A stretch of DNA of 64,000 bases. It comes from Cladosporium halotolerans (lineage: Eukaryota). Both the position numbers and the translations under genes were made by a program. Below the pieces are notes generated by a model. It had not been told where the DNA came from. It worked only from the letters and a program-made list of their open reading frames with translations, and ran no database searches. The stretch is taken from positions 248,001 to 312,000 of the forward strand of contig NW_027191474.1 in NCBI RefSeq assembly GCF_011745625.1, in the 5' to 3' direction. Below, in pieces: positions 37,279 through 49,685 of this stretch. The first letter of the stretch is position 1. Every line of letters begins with the position of its first letter.

Positions 37279-38673
37279 CTACCCCTCGTAAGTCAATTTA
37301 CACCTGCCCGGCAACGCCTCCGCCAACGACCGCTCAACCTCCGCCACAAAATCCCTAGAAAAGAACGCAACGCCGAGCTCCTGGCTGGTATACCAGCTAG
37401 GCCGATCCATGTTCCCACTGCCGAAGACCGCCACCTCTCCGTCGACAATCGTGAGCTTGAAATGCGACTGCACCGGCTCGTCGTCCGACGCCTCCCTCCC
37501 AGCTTGAGGCTGGTAGTACGAGACTTTCAAAGTCCCCAGCTTGGCAGCAGCCATAGCCTCGACATCACGGTTGGCCGCAGAATTCTGGGCCTCGACCATG
37601 GCCCGATGCTGTGCGATCAGCTTCGCCACGCAGCGCGGCGACGTGGTTCCGGCGGTGATGATTTGCTCGAGCAGTTGGAGGCGTTCGCTGGTGAGTATGC
37701 TGACGTTGACGCCGCGGTCGAGCGCGCTCAACAAGGCGGAGATGACAGGCTGGGAAGTGAGGTTGGGCGTTTGGAGGTAAATGTATTTGGTGGCCCCCTG
37801 CAACGCCTGCAGGAGGAAGATGTTGAGGGGCGTGAGAGGTGCGGGTGGTGGTGCTTGCCATGGGAGTCGGAATCGGGGGTTGCGGTGGTGTGGAGATGGG
37901 AGGAAGAGGGTCTGTAGCGGAATGGAGTCGAAATCCCGTCTACTCAGCAACTCGTTTGAGGCCGTAGATTTATGCTTTAAAGCTTCGGTGGGGCTGCTCG
38001 AGACATCGGAAACAGCAGTATTTTCGTTGGTCCAGAAGGCTTGCCAGAATCGTAGAAACTGGCCCACGACTGGCCCACTGAGCTCGAGACACCCCTCGAA
38101 CCAGTTCTCCCAGCTTACGTTGCAGCTAGGTAGGAAAGCGATCTTTCGGTCAACGACGACGAACTTCGGGTGTATGATGCTGATGGGCAGCAGAAAGATA
38201 CTCTTGACTTCGAGATCCAGCCCTTGCAGCTCGTCAGGCGCCGGTAGTCCTAAGTCCTTGGTCCAGCTTGAGGGGTCATACACCTTGCCCTGCGGTGATT
38301 GCGTATGGAACAACTTCTGCCATACGCCCGAAGAGGAGAAGCAGATCCGGACGCGGATCTTGCGATTCGATGCTAGAGCTTTGGCGGAGAGTTTGCGCAG
38401 GCTGTCGCAAATGCGACTGAGTGATATCGACGATGCCCAGTAGCAAGTGACGAAGACGACTTCGTGTTCTGCAGACTCGATGGAAGAAAGAAAAGATTCG
38501 ATGATGCGGTTGCCTGTACCGAGACGAAGAGAATGCAGGTTCGAGGTTGTCACCAGAGTGGATGGGCTTGCGGCCCAGTAGTTCGGAGAGTCGATATTCT
38601 GTTCGCTAGTTGATTTCTCGTCCGAGGATTGTGAGAGGAACGAAGTCATGAGCGGGTGCTGCTCATGGTCCAT
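37279..38673 (-). CDS. Phospholipase D/nuclease superfamily protein
   Basis: Two HKD motifs: IIHPKFVVVD and QSHFKLTIVD...GSGNMD. Confidence 0.88.
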   Translation of the reverse strand: MDHEQHPLMTSFLSQSSDEKSTSEQNIDSPNYWAASPSTLVTTSNLHSLRLGTGNRIIESFLSSIESAEHEVVFVTCYWASSISLSRICDSLRKLSAKALASNRKIRVRICFSSSGVWQKLFHTQSPQGKVYDPSSWTKDLGLPAPDELQGLDLEVKSIFLLPISIIHPKFVVVDRKIAFLPSCNVSWENWFEGCLELSGPVVGQFLRFWQAFWTNENTAVSDVSSSPTEALKHKSTASNELLSRRDFDSIPLQTLFLPSPHHRNPRFRLPWQAPPPAPLTPLNIFLLQALQGATKYIYLQTPNLTSQPVISALLSALDRGVNVSILTSERLQLLEQIITAGTTSPRCVAKLIAQHRAMVEAQNSAANRDVEAMAAAKLGTLKVSYYQPQAGREASDDEPVQSHFKLTIVDGEVAVFGSGNMDRPSWYTSQELGVAFFSRDFVAEVERSLAEALPGRCKLTYEG

Positions 38674-39193
38674 GGCGCGACGCGTGCAAGCGCGTTGATG
38701 GGTGGTGAGCGCTCGCCACTCGCTCGCAGGACAGGGACGCTTGAGGTTGGGTTTGTCGAGTAAGCTAGCGATGACGGTCTTGCTTTATTTGTATAGCTGT
38801 ATCTATGAATTATAGAGTCTACAACACGGTGCGGGAGGTCCACTTGTGCTTGCAGAGGTTCTCTCCAAGTCTGTTCCCCAACTGCCCTTTCGCTTGGCGA
38901 CACGATCTTTCACTGCATCTCGGAGGTTCATCAATAGCAACATGCAGCAATATATGAATCGTTCACGTCTGTGCTGTTCTGAGCGGTCACATCGCGAACA
39001 AGCCAGCCAAACAGTCTTTTACATGCACCTCTTAAGAGTTGTATAGCGAACGTGCTCGGCACGGTCCCGACGTCAAATCAGCACGGAAGGTTGCCATATG
39101 CTCAATACTAGCAAACGTCCAATTCAAATATTCACATCTGTCATACAGCAAATTTACAATATGTACAAAACATGTTCATAAGAAGCCCAGGGC

Positions 39194-40782
39194 TCATTGT
39201 CCCCGGGGCTTGATGGGCAAGAAGTTGCCAACGATCAATGATGGGCTATTTGCAAACGTCAGCACGTCGACCAAATCTCCAGTCGTCAGCAATCGTGAAC
39301 TTACATGTTATGGGTATCTCTCCGAATGGTAAAAGAAAAACAGCACCTCACGCCCTTGCCCTCTTGGCCGTCGGCGTCCGGGCTTTTGAGGGAACAGCTC
39401 GTCAGGATCGCCTTCTGGCTCTGGTCGAAAGCGATGGCGCCGAATTTCTCCCAGTAACTGACGAGGCTGTCCTCCGCGATGATCTCGTGGATAGCCAGCT
39501 TGCCGTCTCGCAGCTTTTCCGTGGGCACGTTGATGAGCTCGGCCATCTCACGGTTGCCACGGAAGATCTCGCCGGTGCGGCGCCAACAGCACGCCGGTAT
39601 GGCCATGGAAGCGAAGACGCGGTCGTACTCCATGAGGGACCGCTCGAACCACATCTCGACCAAGACAAGCTGCATGTCCGTGAGACTGTGCATGGCCTCT
39701 CGGAACTTGGGCCGGAACTTCTCGAGCTGGCGTAGGATACGCACACGGCTTTCTCGCGAGATGTTCTTCTCCATGTAAGTGTTCAATCTGGCATAGCCTT
39801 TGACGTAGTTGAATGGCTTTAGCATTCCTGCGTCGTACTTGGCCTTGAGCAGCTTGTGCAGACGATCTTCTGCTGAGCTGAGACCTGCTGGATCGGCAGC
39901 AGTCATGTAGAACTTGTCGCGTGCCCGGCTGTCTATTGGAAAGGCGGAGGACGGTCGTGGAATCTCATTGCCCGCTGCTGACTGAGCAGGTGGTCCCATG
40001 GAAGCTTGCTGCTGGCCCTGATTCTGAGCGTTGTTGTTGCCATTGTTCTGCTGCAGGCTATTTGTCAGGGCGCTGACGCTACTGGTCGCGAGTAGCGGGT
40101 CGTCGAGCAATGTGGCCGCGTCTTCGCCCGAGTAGACAGCGCCCTCGTCTAGCAGAGAATTAGAGAGGAAGTCGTTGAGCAGATTGTACTCATTGGTCAC
40201 TTCCGACGTGTTGAACATGTAGTTCGGGTGCAGGTGGTGCATGTCCTGGAACTGATTCTGGACGTTTGTATTATTCCAATCAAAGTTCAATGGGTTGTTC
40301 CCGCCCGCGTTCATGCTCGGCGCCCGCGGTCTTGGCTGGGCAATCTGCGGCGCCCCGTTCCCAGCAGCGTCGAAGTGCAAGTCGCCATTGCTCTGCTGGC
40401 GGTAGGCAGCGTTGCCGTTGGCAGCTTGGCCGTCGTTGGAGGCTTCGGAGGGATCTGGCGCGGGAGCGATCTCTGCCACGCCGGCCTCGCTCTTGTTCCT
40501 CTTGGGCGGGTCGCGCGGCTCGTCGTGGCAGAGGTGTCCGATGTCACGCTTGACACAGCGCGCGCAGGGCCGCTGGAGGTCGCATGTCATGTGCGAGCGG
40601 CGGCAGTAGACGCAGGCGTGGTTGACCTTGCGGCGCTTCTTCTTGCCATTGTCGGTCGCGTCGGCGGCCTCGGACTCCTTGCGCTTGGGCGAGCGGTGGG
40701 AGCTCTGCGGCGACTGGCTGGTGTGCGAGGGGTGCGCGGGCTCGTCGAGGGCGCGTCGGTGGTCGTGGGAGGGCGAGGCCAT
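39194..40782 (-). CDS. acuM: Zn(II)2Cys6 transcription factor with C-terminal PAS-like domain, AcuM/RDS2 type; 3' intron ~39304-39246
   Basis: KRRKVNHACVYCRRSHMTCDLQRPCARC....IGHLC, PFNYVKGYARL, PACCWRRTGEI. The spliced end reads IPSLIVGNFLP. Confidence 0.88.
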
Positions 40783-41340
40783 GGTCACGGCGTGCCCATC
40801 GGGTCCGCCCGGCTCGACCTGCGGCAGGGCTGCGCTGCGTCGATACCGACGGCGTGGGCGGCGCAGGGGTGCGCGCAGGCGGGGCGGCGGCGGCGAGCAG
40901 GTGAGGGTAAGGACGAGGACGAGGACGAGAAGGCGGCGGTTCGGTCGGCGGCGGCGGCGGGGCGGAGTCGCAGGTCGGCGACGGACAGGTTCAGCAGGGC
41001 ACGAGAATGGCCGGGGAGCAGCGTTTGGCAGCTGGCGGCGTGGAGGTGGAAGTGTGGAGGCGCGAGAGCGCGCGGTGGAGATCACCACGCGAGCCGGCTA
41101 CTTTGCGGGGCTGGCAGCTGCGGCCGGATCGGCGCTGGCCTGGCCCGCCGCGCCTCTCTTGAGGGGAAAATATATGTACTGCACGTCAGGTGTACATCGA
41201 CATTGGCAAGCCTGCGGAGGGCGCCGCCTGGATTCCACATACACGACTCTGTCATACTATCGTGAATACTGATACACTGTATACGTACAAGAGAGCGAGC
41301 CAGCCGCTCGCGAGTCTATCATCCCCAAACGAATCTATGC

Positions 41341-44300
41341 TCATGTCCCAGGCCTCACTCTCGCCGAGCTCTCGTCCACAGAGTCATCGCCCGTGCCAAA
41401 GCCATACCCGCTCTTCTTCTTCCTGCCCCTGCGATCGCCAAACTGCTCGTCGAACTTGCGGATCGCCGTCAGACTCGACATGTCCTCGTTGATGCTTGCC
41501 GAGATCTCCGCGACCGCCTTGTCGAAGTGCTTGGCCGTGAGCGTGCGCTTCTCCGGCAGCTTGAACTCTTTGTCACCCTTGTTCTGCTCCACCAGCTCGT
41601 TCTCCTCGCGCACGGCCGCCAGCGCTGCCGAGACGCACAGGTTCTTGAGGTCTGAGCCCGAGTACAGTGGCGTCTGCTCGGAGAGCGCGGCGAGGTCGAC
41701 GGAGCTGTCCAGCGCTTCGTGGCGCAGGTGGATGCCGAGGATGGACTCCCTGTCTTTGGCCACAGGGAGGTCTACGAGCAAGCGGCGCGGCAACCGGCGC
41801 AAGACGGCGTCATCGAGGTCGAACGGTCTGTTGCTGGCCACCATCATGAAAATGCTGTTGTCGTCCATGCCGTCCCATTCGCGCAGGAACTGATTAATGA
41901 TCTCTCGGTGGGTGTTTCGGTTGCCGGAACCGCCACGGGAGCCGAAGATTGCGTCTGCCTCGTCGATGAAGACGACGCACGGGGAGAGTTTCTTCGCAAG
42001 GCTGAACACGGCGCGGACCATCTTCTCGCCCTCACCCACATATTTCTCGTAAATCTGAGCACCGCTGACTTCCAGCACAGTGGCGCCAGATTCTTTGGCC
42101 ACCGCTTTGGCAAGTAAAGTCTTGCCTGTTCCGGGAGGTCCGTAGAGCAACAGCCCAGTCAGGCGGTCGTTGGCCAGAACACCATACTGGAAGGCATCCG
42201 GGCGGAGAAGCGAGAGTGTTGTCATCGACTTGAGAGCCTCGATCGAATCCGGCGAGGCGTGCACGTCGCTGAATCCAGTCTTGATGTTCTGAGGATCCAC
42301 GACACCCGCCAGCAAGCGCGTCTCGTGCTGGTTGCAGTCCTTTTTGATGGCATCAATCCGAGCCTGACCCTTGCTGGGCTGGGCTGCACCCGACCCGTGC
42401 GTGTTCTTGCCAGCCTGGCCTCCCTTCGTGGTTGCCCTACCCATCCGCTGGCGTTCGTTGAATGAGGTCCATGAGTGAACGGCATGATCAGCCCTCGCAA
42501 GGACTGCAGTCGCGAGCGCAATATGGATCGGCGCAATTTGCTGCGCTCTGGCGTGCGATTGAGAAAGGCCAACGGCGGTCAACACAAGTCTCTGAATTTG
42601 GTCCTGGGGCAGGACCTTCTCGCTGAGGATGTGAGTGCCCGGCATATGGAGCTTCTGAAAGGACTCGGCAATCGCAGTGGACTGCAAATCGTGGCCAAGG
42701 CGGCTCAGCATGCTACTGATGTGTCGCATGTTGACGTTTGCGATCCTGTCGTAAGAAGGCGGCTGGTAGATCGATCGACTTGGTGGCGCAAGCGCGCTGC
42801 TATGGAAAGACGATAGCTCTATGGGGCTCATGTCGAACAGCGGCGGCAAGACGATCAATCGGAACGGGGAGTCCTCGTGAGTGTCCATGAGGCTGTCGAG
42901 AGGGCCAAACACGTCGGCAGCAGTGGTGCCAATCACCACAATCTCCTCCCCTGCTCGCCTACGCTTCTGGACCACGCGTACAAGACGCTTGATGATCGAC
43001 TCGCCTAGGCGGTTGGACATGATTGGCTTCAAGTCCCGGACTTGCAATATGGTTCTCTTGGTGTTCTGAATTCTTTGCTCGCCTTCGGCCACACCGTCGG
43101 CGGCCTCCAGTCTGATCGAATCAGCGGGGTCAGTGCTCGAGGTCACACCCTCGCGGCCCTTTATTAATTTAGCGACATCTGCAACCATGCCACCCGCCCG
43201 ACTGGGCCACGAAGCAACGGTTTTAGATTCGTCATGGCCGCTCGACGCGGCAGACTCGCCATCTCCTGTCAGTGCCTTCTCTGAAGCCTTGCCCCTCGCC
43301 ACGCTGGGGGCGTCTAGTAGACCTTCCAGTAGAGCGGCAAGCCGAGCATCGTCCCAGGAGATATAATCTGCGGGATCGTTTCGCTTATTTTGAGACGGGG
43401 CCGGGTTTTGCGGTGCGAGCGAGTTGCTACCAGGGGGCATCGCGACGCTGACACCTGCAATGCCGAAGTTCCCCAGCATCTTGTTGATGCCATGACGCTT
43501 GTCGCCGAGAGCCTTGGTAAGATCGTCAAAAGAACCAAAGTGCCCCAGGTTCATGCTCGGAGTCATACTGTCTTGTGCGTCCTCCTCATCCTCGTCAAAC
43601 TCCTCAGGATCGGCATGTTCCTCCGGGCGTACCCCCCTAAGGCCGAGTCCGTTTGCAACGGCACCATCATAAACGTCATATCCCAGGGTCGAAAATGAGC
43701 CAGGTAAATCACTGCTGCCACCGACGTAGTCGCTCGTAAGGTCCGCGATGTCGTTTGCGTCTAGTCGAATGAGGTCCGCACGTAAGACGCGGGCCATGTC
43801 CCGCACGTATTGGTCCATCTGCTCGTGAGCGTTCGAATCCGGGCAATGCAGGTGAATATCCGACCTCGACGCAGCATGTGAGGACGACGGCCCTGACTGC
43901 GCAGACGCCCCCATCGCAGCCAGAACAGAAGCTTCCGTCTCCAGCATCGTCCAAGACAGAGGATCGTACTTCGAGGACACCCCATCCTTGCTGAATTTGA
44001 ACCCAAGAGGTAGATCGTTCTCCGACCCAAGAACAACGGGTATCTCGCCATCGAACTTCTGCTGGAAGAAGTTATCCCCCAGCATGCTGATGCCTGGTAT
44101 GCTCGCCTTCTTCGCCTGCTCGTCCTGCTCTTTCTTCGCCACCTCCTCCGCCTGCCCCATCGCCCTCTCCTCCTGCTCTTCCCCAGGACAATATGGCACG
44201 TGGAACAGCGTGTGTCCACTCTGCGCATCCACACACCTCAACCGCCTCGTCCCCTCCAGCCTACCCCCAACCCCTTCTTCCTCCGGCACCAGCAAAACAT

Positions 44301-44661
44301 TCCGCCTCAGAAACCACTCCGGCAGCGGCGGCGGCCTCGGCACCTCCGCGACCCTCCGCTGCCTGTACGTCCTCCTCAGCCCCGGCCGGCGGCCATCCGC
44401 GCCAGCGCCCTCAGCGCCACTCTGCTCCTGGCGAACGTCCTCCTCGCCCGCGACGCGCTGCCTCTCGAGCTGTTCCTCGAGCGCCCTCGCGCGGTCCGGC
44501 GTGCCGGGCGGCGGCGGCCGCGAGTCCGCCGCGAGCTGCGAGGCGCTGACCTGGAATGTGCGGCGCTGCTGGACGGCGGCGGCCGGGCTGCGCGGGCGCG
44601 AGGGGGCTCGCAGGCGCTGACAGTTGGCCAAGCGCGCGCTTTGGCGTGCTATGGGGCGCAT
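41341..44661 (-). CDS. Large AAA+ ATPase, Msp1/spastin-like clade, probable mitochondrial presequence
   Basis: GLLLYGPPGTGKT, VFIDEAD, FLREWDG, SNRPFDLDDAVLRRLPRR. Arg/Ala-rich N-terminus from ATG 44661. Confidence 0.9.
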   Translation of the reverse strand: MRPIARQSARLANCQRLRAPSRPRSPAAAVQQRRTFQVSASQLAADSRPPPPGTPDRARALEEQLERQRVAGEEDVRQEQSGAEGAGADGRRPGLRRTYRQRRVAEVPRPPPLPEWFLRRNVLLVPEEEGVGGRLEGTRRLRCVDAQSGHTLFHVPYCPGEEQEERAMGQAEEVAKKEQDEQAKKASIPGISMLGDNFFQQKFDGEIPVVLGSENDLPLGFKFSKDGVSSKYDPLSWTMLETEASVLAAMGASAQSGPSSSHAASRSDIHLHCPDSNAHEQMDQYVRDMARVLRADLIRLDANDIADLTSDYVGGSSDLPGSFSTLGYDVYDGAVANGLGLRGVRPEEHADPEEFDEDEEDAQDSMTPSMNLGHFGSFDDLTKALGDKRHGINKMLGNFGIAGVSVAMPPGSNSLAPQNPAPSQNKRNDPADYISWDDARLAALLEGLLDAPSVARGKASEKALTGDGESAASSGHDESKTVASWPSRAGGMVADVAKLIKGREGVTSSTDPADSIRLEAADGVAEGEQRIQNTKRTILQVRDLKPIMSNRLGESIIKRLVRVVQKRRRAGEEIVVIGTTAADVFGPLDSLMDTHEDSPFRLIVLPPLFDMSPIELSSFHSSALAPPSRSIYQPPSYDRIANVNMRHISSMLSRLGHDLQSTAIAESFQKLHMPGTHILSEKVLPQDQIQRLVLTAVGLSQSHARAQQIAPIHIALATAVLARADHAVHSWTSFNERQRMGRATTKGGQAGKNTHGSGAAQPSKGQARIDAIKKDCNQHETRLLAGVVDPQNIKTGFSDVHASPDSIEALKSMTTLSLLRPDAFQYGVLANDRLTGLLLYGPPGTGKTLLAKAVAKESGATVLEVSGAQIYEKYVGEGEKMVRAVFSLAKKLSPCVVFIDEADAIFGSRGGSGNRNTHREIINQFLREWDGMDDNSIFMMVASNRPFDLDDAVLRRLPRRLLVDLPVAKDRESILGIHLRHEALDSSVDLAALSEQTPLYSGSDLKNLCVSAALAAVREENELVEQNKGDKEFKLPEKRTLTAKHFDKAVAEISASINEDMSSLTAIRKFDEQFGDRRGRKKKSGYGFGTGDDSVDESSARVRPGT

Positions 44662-45202
44662 GGGAAAGAAAATGAATGTGGGAGGTGTTTTAATTGTAGA
44701 GTGGGATTGAAGCCAGCGCGGGCGCCGAAAGCTCGAAGTCCGCAGCACGAAAGTCGAAGTTGCGCGAAGGGAGCCGCTGGCAAACGCCGGCTTAACGCCG
44801 TACACGTGATGTGATTTGGGTATTCGTCATCAGGGTAGAATGTATCATAACTATCGAGGTGCGCGGGTCAAGCAAACAGTGGTGACCGCCATCGAGTGCA
44901 TCAGTGCTGACGGTGAACGACGCACAGAAGCAACTGGACGACTTTTCCCACGCCTGGGTTGCACTATGCGTTCTCCGAGTCCCGTTTGTCGATCGGGCTC
45001 TCGGGCGACTAATGAGAGCTTATGGGAGAGTAGCAGCGAGACTGAGATCAGTGCTTCAGGCGGAGAATCATTGAAAGGATACAGTACAATATAATGCTAG
45101 CGGTCCTTTCCATGTATACGAAGTCACAGGTGCCACACTATCCGATATCGCCATCTGGCGTGCGACCATCTTTCGAACGGCTTTGCCATAGACAAGGCTG
45201 CA

Positions 45203-48102
45203 TCAATTGTTCGGTTCAGCGAAACGGTCAGCATCAGGTGACGAATACAGAGCACCGGATGCCTGGAGCAGCTGCACCACCTCCTTGTGGCCTCCCAATG
45301 AGGCAGCCTGGAGGGCATTGTCAAAGTACCCACCCTGGGCGTTGACATGGGCGCCCTTGTCGAGCAGCAGCTGCACCATCTCCTTGTTGCCTCTCACCGA
45401 GGCAGCCTGGAGGGCACTGCCGTAGACTCCACCCGGTGCGTTGATCTGGGCGCCGTTGTCGAGTAGCAGATGCACCAACCCCTCGTGGCCTCTCGCTGAG
45501 GCAGCCTGCAGGGCATTGCCATAGAGTCCACCCTGGGCGTTGACATGGGCGCCGTTGTCGAGCAGCAGCTGCACCACCTCCTTGTGGCCTCTCGCCGAGG
45601 CAGCGTAGAGGGCATTGTCATAATCTCCACCCCGGGCGTTGACATTGGCGCGGTTGTCGAGCAGCAGCTGCACCACCTCCTTGTCGCCTCCCAATGAGGC
45701 AGCCTGCAGGGCATTGCCATAGAACCCACCCTGGGCGTTGACATTGGCGCGGTCGTCGAGCAGCAGCTGCACCACCCCCTTGTGGCCTCTCGCTAAGGCA
45801 GCCTGCAGGGCATTGCCATAGCGTCCACCCTGGGCGTTGACATCCGCTCTGCTACTCAAAAGGCTACTGACTACAGGCCCAAGCCCGAGTAGACTCGCAT
45901 AATAGATGGCCGAAGGCAGGGGCTCACTCCGATCTCCAAAAGGCACATTCCAATCTTCATCTGGGTCGTGAACCATACGCCAGTGGTGCCTTGCATGGTC
46001 TTGCTGGAGAAAGGTCAGTTCCCGACTGGCTTCGCCACTACCTTGTTGCAAAGCGCAGTGGTGAAACCACGATTCAGCAGCATACTGCAACAGAGGGAAG
46101 GTCTCCAAGTCCGATTCGTTCGACGCCTTCTCGCTGCTCACACTGTAGTGTCGCAGATACGTCAGGCAGCTCTGAGCAAGAAATCTGTGTCCCGTCACGC
46201 TTTCCAGATGGAATCGACACGCCTCACTCGTGAGTATACGCCTGGACTCCAGATACTCCTTGACTGAGAAATGGGCAAGTCTCACTCTCGTTTGAGGGGT
46301 CAGGCTGAGATCACGGGTGAGCGCATCGCCTTGACGATTACCTGCAGTCGAGGCATCATAGGTGGATTGTCCAGTCTTCCACTGACTTTCTGCGTCGGCA
46401 TCTTGGTCTTCCTCAATCGTGACTAGTCCAGAGAGTATTCTCAGCGTGTCGCGCAAGCCGCCGCGCTCGTCTGTGTCTATGCAACTCTCCTGACCCGGAT
46501 CCGTGATCGCAGCCTCTACTAATTGTGCAAGTGTAGGAGGTGATCTTGCGTAAGCCAGCCAGGAGAGGAGAGTATGCGCCTCTTGATGATATAATTTCTT
46601 GATCCTGGTAAGCATCTGCGCGTACGTGGTGTCGAGGTCGGCGGGAAGAGTCCTAAGGACTTCCTTGACGAATTTGGGCTTGAAGGAGTCAAGACTCTTC
46701 AGCTCCTGCAGCTGACAATACGCCCATCGGAACCTATGCAGAGATCAAGGGTCAGCAAGTGTTCATTCTTGGTAGTGACGTGGGAGCTCGCTTACATGCC
46801 ATCCGCTCGCGACGAGATCGTGACTTCGATCAACGTCTGCAATTCTGGACTCAGTTCACGAAAACTCGGATCGCGTGTCATCTGTGTCGACATCCAGACG
46901 CGGATGTCGGCATCGACAACCGGCGCGATCACGCGCAATGGTTCAGGGCCTAGTCCCTCCATTGCCTTGCGTATCTTGTCAAGCTCTCGACTGGTTGCGA
47001 ACACGCTGAGATTCGGAGTTTGTTGTGTGAGTCTCTCGATGCGTTCCAGAACGTTCTGACGAGTCCCATCGTCCTCAGGGCACTCATCGAGTGCGTCCAA
47101 GAGGAGATAGACTCTGCTGCAAGATCTGATAGACGCCAGCAGGATCTTCTGCAGTTCGTCTGGCCCTGGGACGCTCTGCCTGGAATTCTCGTATGCCTGG
47201 CGAAGCATGGAAAGACCTGGATCTCTCCACCCGAGTTGAGCAACGAGCGAGCGAAGTAGATCCCCATCGGATTGTTTACGCTCGTCCGAGAAGGAGAAAT
47301 AGAAGAACGCGTGGGAGACGTCTGGATCCTGTTCGAAATCATTCCGAATATCCTCGACGGCAGTAGAGAAGAGGATGGTCTTGCCGCAGCCCGCTTTGCC
47401 GTACATCCACAGATGGCTGACGGCACCTGCCTTCCAACTTTGGTACTGAGTCGAGGTCAGCAACCAGCCACCCGTTTTGCCTTCGTGACGCTGACGGGCG
47501 GTGGCGTGGTTCGTCCCAGGATCAGGCGGTGCAATCCAGGCGACAATCTTCCGGAACTCATCAGACTGTTGCATGTCCAGAATACGCTGGTTTTGCGCCG
47601 CTAGCCCCGCTAGTGAATCACCTTGGGTGGAGATCTGGCTCAATACCCTGAGCACCAGTTTCTGTGATTCAGTGTCCACATCGAGCTGGAGCGCCTGGAG
47701 GGCAAACCTGAGCCGGTCTTGAACGCCCCAAACTCTGGACTTTAGTGCTTCAAGAGTTCCTTTCTTGAAAGGGTACCACGACCTTTGTAGTTCCGACAAC
47801 ATCTTTTGACGAAGCCCTTCAGGCTGGCCATATCTCTGGAGGCTACGCCGCTTGTCCTCCAGTTCCCAGAGGGCATTCTCGCAACTCTTCACACACGTTA
47901 CCATTCGCTCAGTTCTTTCATTATCCACTCCTTGTTGGAGCGTGCCTTTAAGCAAGGCAAGTGTCTTGCTCAGATCCGCGATTGCGTTGTACGTGCTGCT
48001 CATGTCAGAGTCGTAACCCTTCCAGGCGTCGTAGTACTTGAGGAGGCCTTGGCATATCTGAATGCCAAAAGATGCGATACCGACTGCGGTCCCTGGGTCC
48101 AT
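45203..48102 (-). CDS. Fungal NLR: HeLo-like N-terminal domain + NACHT + ankyrin repeats; exons 48102-46796 and 46733-45203
   Basis: MDPGTAVGIASFGIQICQGL N-terminal helix, Walker A LWMYGKAGCGKT, Walker B LLLDALDEC. The splice yields ADGM-FRWAYCQL. Then LAHFSVKEYL and ANK repeats. Confidence 0.92.
45251..45844 (-). repeat. Six tandem 99-bp ankyrin-coding repeats with high nucleotide similarity
   Basis: xVNAQGGxYGNALQAASxxGHKEVVQLLLDxGA units; recurring GAGCAGCAGCTGCACCACCTCCTTGT and CCCTGGGCGTTGACAT on the plus strand. Confidence 0.9.
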
Positions 48103-49685
48103 GGTCTGAGTATAGTGATGAGTGCGAGAACGGTAGTCAGACGGTCAGTCATATTTGAGATATGTTCGCAAGGCTGTACAAGGCGCACAGCGACTGCCGC
48201 CCTTGACAGCCATGGCTGGGCGGAGTCCTCTGCAGCTTAGGTGCAGAGGTGCAATGTGGCTGCTGTGGTGTGACAGCTCCGCCACAAGGCAGCGCGATAC
48301 ATGACGCGCTACATTGCAGGCCTTGAGACCGTGACAGGCCTCATACTCTGGTCGTTCAACAGAGTAGCATGTACGAAGTCGTATCGCGAAATGAAATCGG
48401 TTTATTGGTGATGCCGTGCATGTCTTGGCTGCATAATGCGCCCACCTTCAATAGTTTTGACCCCGTGACAGAATCCCGCAATCATCAAGCGGCAGCCCCA
48501 GCCCATGATATCAGTCACGGTCGGATGCTGTACTGTAAATGGAGATGCACGTCCACAAAATCACAGCTTGGTGATCACCCGTGAACACGGTGATCACAGG
48601 TAGAGCTCTGTGATCTTGTGGATGGGTCTATTGCCAAAACAGTTAGAGGCATCAGATAGCATCTCTCAGCTGGCGCTAGGGCTCAATCCGGCCTCTCAAG
48701 TCACGTGAGAGTCACGTGTTTTGATGCTAAGGCTGTTATTATCATCGTGATCACGGTGGTCACAATCCACAAACACTGTGGATTACCCAGCTATGCACCT
48801 CTACAGGTTCGCCTTCGCTCCGTCTCGCCGCTCCGCACAATTTAAGGCAATCAATCAGACTCGACTTCCAGCCGCGACATCAGCCCGCGTCTCAACAGCC
48901 TTATTATTAACCGGTCGGGTCGTCAGCGTGCTCACCTGCAAAACCATGTTCGGCGCTTACATACCTTGGCTGCACCCGCGTTCAGCGACGGTGATCGGCA
49001 GTCCGAGAATAATATACGCATCCTGTGTCTCGCAGTTCGGCGGATGTAAAGAGCCTGCTTTCGACCTTATCTGTCTACTTAAATATGTCCTCCTCTAGTA
49101 CCTATGTACAGAGTGATGAAGTGGTAATGGACAGTTGGAAGGACACGAGAGTGGCGCCACGCGCATCATCGATGTAATCGTTGTGAATTCATTGTCTGGT
49201 GGCGAAACACCTTGAGACTATTAGTAGACATCGAGGTTTGTGTGAATTTCCTTTGCGGATTGGGATGAGACGATCGATGCAACACACGTTGTTCCATCAC
49301 GTTACCGAATGTTCCTTCTCGCCTGGACAGACGTTACAGACCGCTTTTTCAAGTAGAGACCTCACAATCATTCATCACATGAAAAAAAGAAACGGAAGTG
49401 AAAATTCAAGATTGTTTACGGATGGTGTTCATTCAAGGTCATTTAGCTCATGCTTTTAGATGCTAATGGTACAGGTTTCCCGTTGTTGATCAACGCCTAC
49501 CAACGCCATCGTCAGTGGCTCCCGGATGCCGGCCGCTCTCACTATCGTCCCGTGACGCCGTATAGACCGAGCTGCTGGGATTCGCTCCGGTGGCGTCGCC
49601 CGCGGGCGTCCGCGACCCCGCCGCCTGAGGATGCCGGTCGAGCGCTGTTTGAGCGCCCTCACGCGTTGCCACGCCCGTCGCTGCT

